DNA from: Mobula hypostoma
Taxonomy: Eukaryota
NCBI RefSeq assembly: GCF_963921235.1
Contig: NC_086097.1
Coordinates: 51,276,001 to 51,340,000 of the forward strand
Length of the DNA: 64,000 nucleotides
Direction: 5' to 3'
The notes under the pieces are model-generated. The model saw nothing but the letters and a program-made list of their open reading frames with translations. It made no database searches and had not been told where the DNA came from. Shown here piece after piece: positions 26,074 through 38,465 of the stretch. The position numbers and the translations under genes were made by a program. Each line of letters begins with the position of its first letter. The first letter of the stretch is position 1.

Positions 26074-26920
26074 CATAGAACAGTACAGCACAGAAACAGA
26101 TCCTTCAACACATTTAGACTGTGCCAAACTATTATTCTGACTACTCCCATTGACCTGCACCTGGACCACTGCCCCCCCCCCCGCCCCCAATACCCTTACC
26201 ATCCATGTACCTATCTAAATTTCTCTTAAGCTGAAATCAAATCCACATCCACCAATTTTGCTGGCAGCTTATTCCATACGCTCACCACCCTCTGAGGGAA
26301 GAAATACCTCCTCATATTCCCCTTAAGTATTTCACCTTTCACCCTTAACCCATGACCTCTAGTTCTGGTTTCACCCAACCTCAATGGAAAAAGCCTGCTT
26401 GCATTTACCCAATCTATACCCTTCATAATTTTATATACCTCAATCAAACATAACTTCATCCTCTTATGCTCCAGAGAATAAAGTTGTGACCTACTCAACC
26501 ATTCCCTGTAACTTTCAATCTTATTGACTGGTGACCTTAACTGCACATAATACTCAAAATCAGGCCTCGCCAATGTCTTATACCAATCTTGGCACCATCC
26601 GCAAATTTGCTGATCTAATTTATCACATTATCATCCAGATTGTTGATGTAAATGACAAACAACAATAGACCCAGCACCAGTTCCTACAGCACTCCAGTAG
26701 TCACAGGTTTCCAGTCAGAGAGCGACCATTGAAGGATAGCTAATGTTATTTTGTTGTTTAAGAAAGGTTCCACTCTCTGGCTTCTCTTGTGAAGCCAATG
26801 TATAATCCAATTTACTATGTCATCTTGAATACCAAGTGCAGAATTTTCTTGATCAACCTCCCATGCAGAACCTTGTTGAAGGCCTTGCTAAAGTTGATGC
26901 AAACAACATTCCTGGTAACT
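26074..26920 (-). mobile_element. CR1 LINE fragments
   Basis: LYSLE.KRM...LIEVYKIMKGID...TRGH.LRV...F.QRVVSVWNKLP motif and KFADG remnant. Confidence 0.85.
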
Positions 26921-27039
26921 TCCATACAGATGATCACTCTGGCCTACTTCTGTTAGATCTCTGATCTAAATACAGGTTGTGCAGAGAACTCACTTTGCGT
27001 GACCAATCTATTGTTAGTTTCAATTATACAGGGAATTGT

Positions 27040-27500
27040 TGAGAGCTTCAGTCATATGGAGCATTGGTGAGACCGCATTTGGAATAATGTAAACAGGATT
27101 GCTCTCTTATTTAAAAAAGGATGTTAATATATTGTAAACAGTTCTGGGGATGTTAACAGATATAGACAGGTTGTCGTTTGAGGAAAGGTGAGACAGGTTT
27201 AGCTTCTTTCTGCTGATGTTTAGAAAAGTGAAGGAGAGATTTGGTTAAACAAACAGTAAATTCTGAGGGGTCTAGAAGAATGTGGATGAACCTGGAATGA
27301 GATGTCAACATTTAAAAACAAGCGTCATGCATTTAATACAAGATGAAGACTTTGGAACTCTCTTCCTCAAAGTGACAGATGAGTCTTTAAACATTCCCAA
27401 GACACAAGTAGGTAATTACTGATAAAAGAGTGAAAGGTGAACATGGGTTCATGAGAATGCAGGGTCAAGGTTATATTCAGGCGAGTTTAAATGGAAGAGT
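27040..27500 (+). mobile_element. Old CR1 3' fragment
   Basis: gcattggtgagaccgcatttgga (LVRPHLE) motif, heavily degenerate. Confidence 0.6.
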
Positions 27501-28159
27501 GGGGAAGGGGTTATGGTAACCATGACAAACGTAGGTAACGTTGAATATTTTACTCCATTTCCTGGCCGGCAGCCATCCAGGTTAAGAGGTCAGTGGCTGT
27601 CAAGAAGAAAAACTCTCACTGGACAGTTACTGTCAGTTGTTGGAGAAAAGGTTGAGACATTCAGGATGGGGATGGTGTTTGATCATTCAACGAAAGGTTG
27701 ACGGGGGAGTGGATATATAAGGCTGTTCAGATGCCCCACAAGCAGTACCAGGTAGTTCGATACTCTTCTGTTGAAACATAGTGACTCATGTCTCTACAGT
27801 TGCTAGCTTTCCCCGAACACTGGGAAAACAAGGCTGTAGCTTACCCCAAACTTTGGACATTGTTGTTATTTTTGAAAATCTGAAAACTGTGACAGGCTGC
27901 AAAGGAAGCCCAGATTATTAAAGTTATTAGCTCATATGACCATAAACTGCAAGACAATGCAATATTCTGTAGGTTAACGGGATGGAGCAGTCAAAGCATA
28001 ACCCACCCCGCCATTTCTACAGCCAATGCTTAGGAATACTCTTTTTGTTAAATGTATTATGTAAATGTAAGCAACTTAAAAACTTAGGGGGAATAAAAGG
28101 GGCATCTGAAGTGCTGCGCTCTCCAGTCTAAACCTGCAAACATTCACAATTCTTAAGAA

Positions 28160-28335
28160 AGGTGGTGCAACAGTTAGTCCTGCTGCCTCATGCTCCAGGA
28201 ACCTGGGGTTCACCCTGACCTCAGGTACTTTCAATCACCGTGGAGTCTGCACCTTCTCCCTGGGACCACCTAGGTTCTGCTAGGTGCATCTCTCACATCC
28301 CAAAGATGAGATGGTGGTCAAATGCTGCTGTAAAT
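28160..28335 (+). mobile_element. tRNA-derived SINE 5' part
   Basis: ggtggtgcaacagttagt...gctgcctca..ctccagg.acctggggttca head and cacatcccaaaga core. Confidence 0.65.
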
Positions 28336-28339
28336 TAGT

Positions 28340-28897
28340 CAAAGTTCAAATAAATTTATTATCAAAGTACATACATGTTACCACATACAATCTTGAGAAT
28401 GATTTTCTTGTGGGCATACTCAATAAATCCATAACAGAACAATAACCACCATGGAATCAATGAAAGACCACACCAACTTGGGCTTTCAACCAGTGTTCAA
28501 AAGATAACAAATTGTTCAAATACAAAACAAATAAATAAACAAACAAACAATAAATATTGAGAACATGAGATGAAGAGTCCTCGAAAATGAGTCCATGAAA
28601 GTGAGTCCATAGGCTGTGGGAACATTTCAATGATGGGGCAAGTGAAGTTTAGTGAAGTTCTCCCCTTTGGCTCAAGAGCCTGATGGTTGAGGAGTAATAA
28701 TATTCCTGAACCTGGTGGCATGAATCCTAAGGCTCCTATACTTTCTTCCTGATGACAGCAGTGAGAAGAGAGCATGGCCTGGGTGGTGAGGGTCCCTGAT
28801 AATGGATGCTGCTTTCCTGCAACAATGTTTCATGCAGACGTGCTCAAGACAGACTGGCCATATCCACTACTTTTTGTAGGATTTTCCATTCAAGAGT
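28340..28897 (-). mobile_element. Rex1-like LINE 3' end
   Basis: Minus-strand DPHHPGHALFSLLSSGR motif; tail tgataataaatttatttgaactttga. Confidence 0.8.
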
Positions 28898-28928
28898 TTA
28901 ATGAATCAAAATGAAAAATGGTGAAAAA

Positions 28929-29506
28929 TGATATCGTATCCGTTACATAGGGGCCGTGGACAATTCTGATTTGATGGAGATGGACGTGAAAGCACAGAGG
29001 AACATCTGGAAAAATTTCTGAAACGCTCATTCGCTGCTGTTGATACTGCGCGGTCAGGAATCTTCTGGATGGAAGGTCTCAAAATCCCCGGCTTTGCCTA
29101 GTGTTGGCGACCGAGATTGAGGTCGAATCGTTCGGACAGAGATGGTGCTCAGTACTCAGTGTCTGAGAGCTGATTCGGAGGCTCGAAGTTTTCGGATGAC
29201 TCTGAGACGGACTGTGGTCGGGCATGGCAGGAAGAGTTTTCTTCCTTCTCCCATCTGCGTGAGTTGTGGGACATTCGAGAGACTTTGAACTTTTTACTGT
29301 GCTCATGGACTTCTTCATCAAGTTATGATATTGTTGCACTGTTGTAACTATATGTTATAATTATGTGGTTCTGTCAGTTTTTTCAGTCTTGGTCTGTCCT
29401 GTGTTTTGTGATATCACACCGGAGGAAATATTGTATCATTTCTTAATGCATGCATTACTAAATGACAATAAAAGAGGACTGCGTGTCTTCATAATCTAAA
29501 AAAAAA
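28929..29506 (+). mobile_element. Family A non-coding repeat, second copy (5'-truncated)
   Basis: Colinear similarity to 12343-12995 (gaacatctgga.aaa.ttctgaaa; taactatatgttataattatgtggt; atgcatgcatt; aaatgacaataaa). Confidence 0.75.
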
Positions 29507-29991
29507 TGTCAATCTACTTTTGGGACACTAACTTACAGAGGAAGAGGAGAGAACAGGAACTTTGGTGCTGCTCAGATGGCAGTCCGCTCGGACTTAGGGC
29601 AAATGATCTTCTTCTGTGTTGCCCCAACTAAGAACTAGCATCTTCATGACTTTGTATGGCTTATCTGCTGGTTTGGTTGTTTAAGGGAGAAACACAGCTC
29701 TGATGTCAGACAATCGATTCCAAGTTAAAATTTCTGATGGACATAATGTGTGGAACTAGAAGTGGAACTGGTGCACTATCATAAACTGTCTCATACTGAT
29801 ATTTATTAAAAAATGTTCCATGGAAGACATGATTGCACACAGGAAGGAAGATGATATGATCGAACATACTACAAAAATGTAGCTTCCTAAAAAAAGAGGA
29901 AGAGGGAGGAAAACATTTATGCCTTGCATAAACATCAATGAGGTGTAAATTAAATACTGAAATATTGCAAGTAAAATGAAGTTACTGTTGT

Positions 29992-30655
29992 AAACACAAA
30001 AGATTTGGCAGGTGTTAGAAATCCTGCAACACAGACAAAATGCTGGAAGCACTCAGCAGGTCAGACAGGTTTGGAGGGGAATAAACAGTCAACATTTTGG
30101 GCCAAGACTCTTCATCAGAAAAGGAAGGGGGAAGAAACCAGAATACGAAGGTGGGGGTGGGGGGGGGGAAGAAAAAGGGAAGGAATACAAGTGGCAGGAG
30201 ATAGGTAAAACCAGGTGAGGGGGAAGGTGGGTGAGTGAAGGTGGAGAAAAAAGAAAGCAGCCAAAAGGTGATAAATAGAAAACGCTGAAGAAGTAATCTG
30301 ACAGGAGAGGAGAGTGGACCATGGGAGAAAGGGAAGGAGGAGAGACACCAGATGAAAGTGATGGGTAGGTGATTAGAAAAGTGGAGCCATAATGGGTAAT
30401 GGAAAACCTGAGAAGAGGGGGAGAGGGGAGAAATTATTGGAAGTTAGAGAAATTGATATTCATGCCTTCAGGTTGAGGCTACCCAGAAGAAAGTGCTGTT
30501 CCTCCAACTTGAGAGTGACCTCATCATGGCAATAGGGGAGGCGATGTACCATTATGTCGGAATTGGAATGGGAATAGGGGGAAAACCTGCCTCTTGTGAT
30601 GGACTGAATGAAGGTGCTTGACAAAGCGGTCCACTAATCCACATTGGATCTCACT
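29992..30655 (-). mobile_element. Penelope-like element 3' remnant
   Basis: Minus-strand GIY-YIG C-terminal-like segment (SEIQCGLVDRFVKHLHSV), pyrimidine-rich spacer, hammerhead-like motif at 30086-30118, terminus gacctgctgagtgcttccagcattttg. Confidence 0.7.
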
Positions 30656-31825
30656 ATTGATTTTACATAAGCCATCATAAATGAAATTAGAATGGGACAA
30701 ATAATAAAACATGCCAAAATATTAGAGACATTTCATACATTTCAACTGCAGTGAAGTCTAACATCAGTTTCAGAACACCTTCTTAGATCACACAGACTAT
30801 TAGACACAAAATTATAAATCTTATTTCCCTGTACTGATTATTTTCTGAGTTTTTAAAACATATTGTCCTTTAAACATTATGAATTATTTTAGGCCAGCAT
30901 GGAGGCTCTCATCACTATGACAATTCTCTGTTCAAGTTAATTTGAAACAGAACACATTGTTTGCCTAATTTCGACCACACACATGCACTTCCCCAAAATA
31001 GATCTGTTTTTTCTATTAAATAGTGAATTTAGGAAGAGGTTGGTTTTGCAAACCTTTGGATTCCCTAGACAAAAACAAGTGTACTACTCAAGTTCAGTTT
31101 GCTTTTTTAGTAGGATAATATACTGACTCTGCTGCTGCTTATACTATGATACAAAAGAGATTCAAACTGAACTATTTAGATTATCTTGTGTGTAGCTTAG
31201 AAGGGAATGTAAACACGTGAAGTGGTGCAAAGTGGAAGAGGAAGATAGAAAACATGATGTCTCGTTGAGATAGAAAATCCCACTGTCTGCAGTGGCTACT
31301 GGACATGACAGGCTATTTTACAGAGAGCAGAGTTATCAAATTACTGGAAGTTGACACTTATTCAATGGTACTTCTTTTACTGGTACTCAAAGAGAGAGAA
31401 CAAATATAGTTCTATAAAGGTAATCCAAAATGTTTTATTTTAGTGCGTTCAAATTAGCTTGAGTCATTCTAATCTGCAATTTAATCTAAAACCTCCGATA
31501 GAAAGTGGTTTATTTTCCTATTTAAATTCCAGAAGATTACAAGAGGACTCAGGTTATATACAGTGAGCCATATAATAAGTAATAGTTAAGTCTTCTCTTC
31601 CCTCCCCCTACTTGCTCCCTGATCTGCTGCGTGACTAGAATTTTCTGTTTCATTTCAGATTTTAGCATCTGCAGCACTTTGTGCTTGAATCAGAGTAACA
31701 AGAACTTGAGTATTGTGGCCTTGTCAAACCAAAGTCAATGGTTGGGCAAGGCTCTGTACTTAAAAGGAGTGTAGAAGTACTTGATAAACAAGATCAAAGT
31801 CAGAAAATATACCAAATGCTCAAGG

Positions 31826-31904
31826 TAGGGGTTCCAACCTTTTTCATGCCATGAACCACTCCCATTAAGCAAGGGGTCCTTGGACTCCAGGTTGGGAAAC
31901 CTTG
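31826..31904 (+). mobile_element. Tiny hAT-type MITE
   Basis: Ends taggggttccaacc / ggttgggaaaccttg; same family as 35555-35636. Confidence 0.6.
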
Positions 31905-31994
31905 CTCTAAGACATACTTTCACTTCTTAATTAACTGCTATAGGAAGGCAACAAAGCCAATAAAGTGTATATGGGCTGTATGCTTTAATAGCTA

Positions 31995-32260
31995 TTCCCA
32001 TAATCGGATCTGGGCCGTACCCTCCAAATATCCGGACCTGCCTCTCGGTTTTTCCTTTGCACTACCTTACTTCCCATTTTTCTATTTTCTATTTATGATT
32101 TATAATTCAAATTGTTAGTATTTACTAATTTTAACTATTTTTAATATTCTTAATAGTTAATATTTGTAATCCAGGAAGTGGGAAGCGCAGAATCAAATAT
32201 CGCTGTGATGATTATACGTTCTAGTACCAATTGTTTGGTGACAAAGTATAAAGTATAAGT
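31995..32260 (+). mobile_element. Probable 5'-truncated non-LTR element 3' UTR
   Basis: CpG-containing start, AT-rich body and tandem tail aaagtataaagtataag; family not determined. Confidence 0.4.
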
Positions 32261-32671
32261 TATTGTTTAATTACCAGACAACAGCTGGCAAAACACCCGA
32301 GTTATGCTGTCTGTACCACCGAGGAACTGCATTGTCAGCTAACATGCACTATGAAGTTAAAACCAAGTGACATATTTTATGCTGTAACATGCTGGTAATT
32401 CAGGAATTTTTAAATACAAGTGAAATAATAATCCAAATGTTTGACAAGATTAACATAGTGTTCCCTAGAAGACCCGTGTCTCAAGCGATTACAAAAGGCA
32501 GGGGTAAAGAGACAGCAAAGCAAGACACCTGTGGTTACTTGTGCAATTTCTGTTAGATCTGAAGGGGTGTGGGGTAGAGTTATTCATGTCTCATCTAATA
32601 ATTTGTTCACCGGCCCAATACTGAAGAGTTACAAACAAATCTTCAGCAGGAATTGGTCTCACTTGCAAATA

Positions 32672-33383
32672 CAGTAGATTCCGGTTAGTTGGGCCATCAG
32701 TTAATTGGGGCAGCCGTTAATTTGGGACAAATCTTAAAGAACAAAAATTCAATTGAGAAAATAGCTGGGATTCCCTTTGTTTATCTCAAACACTGTTCTG
32801 CTTAATCGGGACTGGAGACTGTTGCAGAACAGCTTCTACCTGGAGTTCAATTTTCAAATAGTGTCAGTTGTGTGTGCTTGTGTTCAAAATTAAGCAGTGA
32901 TGTTTGTCACTGAAAGTTTGTGAGAAATAAGCAGAAAAGACAATTTGGAACTGTTTTTGATCAATGTTTCAAGCATTCAAGTTTGGAGATGCCAGAACAA
33001 TCTAGGAATAAAAACGAAACAATTTAATTCCTTGAACAAATTAGAAACTACGCAGAATCTGAAGGTATTGACAATCATCTTGAATGTTACAATGATGTCT
33101 GTGCAGATTTGTTCATTTTTAGTCAATCAAAAGAACATGGCAGATAAATTCCTCTGTTGATAACTATTGGGAACTAGTACAGTTTTTCAGTATTGTAGTA
33201 TGATAGTGTTGTAACTTGTTCTGGATTTGATTCAAGTACATAAATTGTTACTCATTTAAGTGGTAGTTTGTCTTTTCTATACCTTTTCAACTATTTCCAT
33301 GAAACTTTGGCTAATCAGGACAGCCACTTAATTGAGCCAAAATGTACTGGTCCCAACGTGTCCCAATTAACTGGAATCCACCG
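32672..33383. mobile_element. Tigger-like MITE
   Basis: TA|CAGTAGATTCCGGTTAGTTGGG ... CCCAATTAACTGGAATCCACCG|TA terminal inverted repeats, with subterminal ttaattggg repeats. Confidence 0.85.
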
Positions 33384-34639
33384 TACTTGAGTCAAATTTG
33401 ATACAAAATTATCCCTTTCCAATTTCATTGTCATTCACGGCAAGGAATATCTAGGCAATTTAAATTAGACTTTGTTAGGAGCCAAAATAGATCAGGCTTA
33501 AAAATAGTGGAGAATTACTTCAAGCCACTCTCAATCTCTATGAACAACTAGCCAGCAATGGGAAATATGCAAGTGTGAAATGGATGAGTCACTGTACGTG
33601 CTGACAGCTCATAAGGGTAGCCTTCAAATGGACAAAGATGAAGCTGATGAAAGAAAGGCACCCTAAGTAAATATAAGGGAATAATGCAGATGTACAAAAT
33701 GTATAAAAAGTAAACAGACAAAGATTAGAAAGAGTAAGAGGAAATATAAATAAAATAACAAAAGTAAACTGACTTTTTTATAAGCACAACATTAATTAAA
33801 GGGAATAGGGAAATAATTAAATCACTGTTAACTTATACAGTTAGATAAATCACTGGAGATGATAAATAATCTTAGTATTTACACTTGCAGGTAAAATTAA
33901 ATATTCAAAAGGAAATAATTTAAAGAGAATGTTACCAAAAACAGTAATGTCACCAGGCCAAGATGGTAAAATATTGGAGAGAATCTCTATCAGGTCTGTG
34001 GGAGTAGAGCAGGGGACAGGAGTCATGAAAGATATTGTAGGCTTCACCAAGGATAAGGAGGAAGCGCATGTTGGGTATGGGATATTGTAATCAAACAAGT
34101 CACAAGATCTATAGGAGATTTAGGAAATGAAAAGAAAACTTCTGGGATAATAGGAACATTGGGAAAGTTTGTAAAATGGTCAACTTAGGAGTCGTACAAA
34201 TTACAAAGGAATGATGAGAAAATTGGTCAATAGTGGAGGTGGTTTAAAGGTCACATGAGCAGAAACAGATCAGGGAAGTGTTAAGATTACAGGACATAGT
34301 TAGCTGGAGTAGAGATGAGCAAATGTAGTTTGTAATATAGCTTTAGTGCAGGACAGCTAATCATGAGATAAACAGAGTCACAACAGAAGGACCACACATT
34401 TGCAGGGAGAATGGGGGTGATGTCTGTCTGGTAAAGGAAGGCACGATCCCATTTTCAGGCAATTGGACGCAACCGCTCGGAGTTAAAACAAACCAAGTTC
34501 AAATAGTACAAAGAAAAGTGGATTATTGATGAAATTCTGAAATCTGCATATAGTTACATGAATATCGTTACTTTTCATGTAACACAGTCATCGGAGAGAG
34601 GGGACTTCACTCAGTTCTACTGCTCGAATAGAAAAGCCA

Positions 34640-35280
34640 GCAGTGGGTTGCCACAATGAAAAAGAGCTTTGACCAGTGACCAGTTGGCATTTGGTGTTGA
34701 TTAACAAGAGCAAATTAAAGGAAGTTAGGGGCAAGCACAAGGGCCGTAGTCTGTGTGGACAGAGTCAGGGTGATCTTGAATCTTCAGCTCTTCGAGGCTT
34801 CAGTAAAGAGAAAGCAAAGGAAAGAAAAGCACAAGGTTATTTTTTTCTGTCCTTCTTTATACCTGCTCAGCTGGGGCAGTAGAGATGCCAGGCAGGATAG
34901 TGGAATGTTCCTCTTGCAGGATGGAGGAAGGTAGGGACACCTGATGACTAGAACTGTGAGACGTGCATCCAGCTGCAGTTTCTAACAATCCGCGTTAAGG
35001 AGTTGAAGCTGGAACTGGATGAACTCCGAAACATTCGGGAGGCTGAGTGGATGATAGACGGGACATGTAGAGAGGTAGTTACACCCAAGATGCAGGACAC
35101 AGGAGTATGTTCACTTAAGACAGAGGTTTGAAGATTCTCGATCTATGAGGTCATGAAGGCATACAGTGAGAAGGCAGGAGATTGGGGCTGAGGGGAAAAC
35201 TGGATCAGCCATGATGAAATGATAGAGCAGACTTGATGGGCCAAATAGCCTAATTCTGCTCCTACATTTTATGGTCTTAT
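34640..35280 (+). mobile_element. Internally deleted CR1 (ORF1 start joined to 3' UTR)
   Basis: ORF1-like MPGRIVECSSCRM...C..CIQLQFLT.RVKELKLELDELRNIREAE (zinc finger plus zipper), followed at about 35110 by CR1 3' UTR (gatcagccatgat...gggccaaatagcctaattctgctccta). Confidence 0.7.
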
Positions 35281-35329
35281 TGTAAACTGCTGGAAGTTTT
35301 TTGGATTGGTGGAGCACCTCTGAGCTTGC

Positions 35330-35750
35330 TCTCTCCTGTGCTCCCCAGCCTTTATTCCAGGGCAGGAGAAATCTGGATCTATAGGGTGTGTGTTTGAGTT
35401 GAGAGGGGAGAAATATGAGAAATCTGAGGGGTAAGCTTTTCTTCAGAAGGTGGTATATGTATGAAATGATTAGCCAGAGGATTTAGTTGAGACAGATACT
35501 ATTACAATGTTTCAAGGGCATTAGGACAAGTACTTGGATAGGAAAGGAGCAGAGCAGAGGTCCCCTTCCTGGGGTCTACAGACCTCTTCTTTAATGATAT
35601 TGGTCCATGTTATTAAAAAAAAGGTTAGGAACCCTGGAGTAGAGGGATTTGGGCCACATGTGCACAAACAGGATTAGTGTACATAGGCATTTATGGCCAG
35701 CATGGACAAAGTGGTGTCTATTTCTGTGTTGTGCATTTCTACAATGCTAT
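35330..35750 (+). mobile_element. CR1 3' fragment containing a hAT MITE
   Basis: ctgaggggtaag.ttttc..cagaaggtggt...tggataggaaagg CR1 3' region. Confidence 0.65.
35555..35636 (-). mobile_element. Tiny hAT-type MITE
   Basis: CAGAGGTCCCC ... GGTTAGGAACCCTG with 8-bp TSD gagcagag / gagtagag. Confidence 0.75.
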
Positions 35751-37922
35751 GTTAGGAAAGAACTGGCAGAGCCCCCCAACGAAACTTTTACAAAGTCTCT
35801 GAAAAACACCAACAGAAGCAAAGGATCATGGAATTTGTTTCCTGGATACAGGTGGTTAAGTGCGGGAAAATACTTTAATGTTCAAAAGAGCTGAAAAAGC
35901 CCTGCAAAATATACTTGAAGGACAACTTACTGATTACGCTAGTCCCTTGAATTTAACCAAAGATAGAAGTTTTCACAGCAGCCTAGGACTACGCAACAAG
36001 ATAACAACCAAGGAACGAATCCGCAATGGATAGGTTCGTGAACTTCAATTTAAAAAATCATGGATCTCTGTTGCATCCAATAAACATTCCCCATCAACAA
36101 ATACATGTCTCTAATGTTCCAAAAACATTAACAAGTGTCAGTAAACACTATAAAATGGCTATATATTACAATATCAGCTAACAAAGTACTTCTATTGAAC
36201 AGACCGATAGGTACAAACGGTGATGGGTTTCGAAATCATTAGGTGCAGCTGTGTGAACAAAGACTGCTCTCTAATGCAGAAGCGCACTGCAGGGAACCAC
36301 TTGACACAAGTGGTCTGGAAACTGGGTACATTTTTTATTACAGACAATGACGGGCTCTTCACTGAGCACATGTCTAGAGAAGTACTTGTTTGAAAATATT
36401 TGAAATGGGGCCTTGGGCTGACCTCATGGTTAACTGCAGATAATGAGGACTGAGTGTACAGATAGTACATCCACAACCAAGACAGCACGGCTTGGGGAGC
36501 AGTTGTACAATTGACTGGGTCACCTGCAACTGCAATTTGAAAGTGGAATAGTGACTTTCAACGGCCAGAGTATTGATTGCATTTTTGACAGGTATAACAC
36601 AACTTCAATGATAAAATACTTAGCAAGCCAGGCAACATCTGTGTAGGAAGAAACAGATTTAATGGTTCAGGTCACCAACCATAAGGGATCCTAGTTGTCC
36701 ATCTTGGTGTAAACCACAATTTTCTCTCCTATTGAACTGTTGGAAAGACTTGGGCTAGAGACTCTGAGCACCAGAAAGTGGAATGTGTTTCATTCATGGT
36801 AAAAGGAAAATGAATGAGGCAATAAATATTATCCATTAATTCCTCCTTCAGATGAAAGGAAACTTTTAAAGCCCATGGCACGCAAATAGTGGCTGAATCA
36901 GGAACAGGCAGAAAATGGTTCTGTAAAAGCCCTGTTTGATTAATTGAATTCAATATTTTGAAATCCAAGCATATGTAATAAAATCCATGTACACTATATG
37001 CACAGGTTGGGATGAGGATTATAAACTGCAATATCAAAGGAAACTATAAAAATGTAATAATAAAAGAAGGCAACGTGAATGTATAAATTTGATTAGGGTG
37101 TAGAAATTGAAATTTGGTCATGTAGACAGGATGAATTATTTCAGAGCTCGCTGCTACTGATGGTACCTGGGGGGATCATTTAAGTAACACTGCAGGACAG
37201 CACTGATTACATAGATGGCTCATCCAAGGTGCCCCACAGATTTGTTCACTGTTCAGGTATCCCATTTTAGAAGATTACAAAACTGTAAAGCATACAACCA
37301 AGACTTACTGGTTTGAGGTTATAAAAATTAATGCTTCTCAGTAGAAGAGTGTTGAAAATTGGAAACATTTTGGCAGGTTGTAAAATAGGCGGCTGAAATA
37401 CAGAATGAAAACGATCACGAGCAGAGGGATAGCAAGTCTCACTAAGTGGCGTGACAGTGGGGTGACTGCTGGAGTCTCTGGTTTATCATTTATAAAATAC
37501 AGTATATTACTTGGATGAAGGGCACAAAGATATGGCTGCTACATTTGCTGATGACAACGATAGGTAGGTTAAGCAAGTTGTGAAGACGATGTAGGGAGAC
37601 TGGAAAGTGACATAGGAAACATGAGCAGGCATAGATTAGACAAAGGTAATATGTGAAGTGTAAAATTTTCTATTTTGGCAGGAGAAATGAAAATACAGAT
37701 CAACCTTCACTAATCTGACTACCTGTAATCCGGTTCCTTCAATAATCCGCACTGATTTCAAATTTTCCGCGCAACTGTAATTTCAAATTTTCCGGGCCAC
37801 CGTACCAATCTGCTGCGCATTGTTTTGGTTGCGCTAGATCTGTTCACGTGTGGGCACGCTCTTGTAAACACAGACAGGCGATTCCTGCTTGTTTTCCTGC
37901 ATTTATTAATATAATTTGTGTG

Positions 37923-38094
37923 AGGCACTGCCGCCCGGCATCTGCCCGTCTCACCCGCCAGTGGTGGGGGAAGCTGGCACGCGCTGGGTCGGTCCGCCTT
38001 CTCACACGCCTGCCGGCAGTCGCGCCCTGCCGTCTGGCACCACCCGGCCGGCGCTCCATTCTCTTCTGCCTACGACCTCAGATCAGACGTGGTG

Positions 38095-38141
<47 letters not shown>

Positions 38142-38167
38142 AAGGATTCCCTCAGTAACTGCAAGTG
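37923..38167 (+). pseudogene. Dispersed rDNA fragment: probable ITS2 3' end plus 5' end of 28S rRNA (28S from about 38073)
   Basis: CGACCTCAGATCAGACGTGGTGACCCGCTGAATTTAAGCATATTACTAAGCGGAGGAAAAGAAACTAACAAGGATTCCCTCAGTAAC is the conserved LSU 5' terminus (LR0R/ITS4 primer region). The preceding ~150 bp is very GC-rich and is assigned to ITS2 by position only. Confidence 0.9.
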
Positions 38168-38465
38168 CAGTGTAGTCTTTGGGGTAACTGCAAGTCTATG
38201 TCTTTGCTATCGCTTAGCTCACGCTTGAGCGCTGGTAGCAGGTGTGCTTTACTTTTTGCTGGGGGAGAGGGGATTGTTGCTCACTGCCGCTTACACACGG
38301 GAGGGAGGGGAGCTGGGGGGGGGGGAGCTTAGGGGTTCTAACATATAACTGTCATTCATTCTTTGGGGCACTCCTCTGTTTTCATAGATGGTTGCGAAGG
38401 AAAAGCATTTCAGGATGTATATTGTATACATTTCTCTGACATTAAATGAACCTTTGAATCCTTTG
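38168..38465 (+). mobile_element. 3' part of family B non-coding retroelement
   Basis: Colinear with 48370-48650 (tagtcttt.gggta..., ctaacat.taactg.cattcattctttggggcact, ctgacattaaatg); tail cctttgaatcctttg. Confidence 0.8.

Noticed and set aside
38073..38167. Functional 28S rRNA gene or rDNA array
   Set aside because: Only about 95 nt of 28S is present, with no 18S or 5.8S, and it is embedded in repeats.
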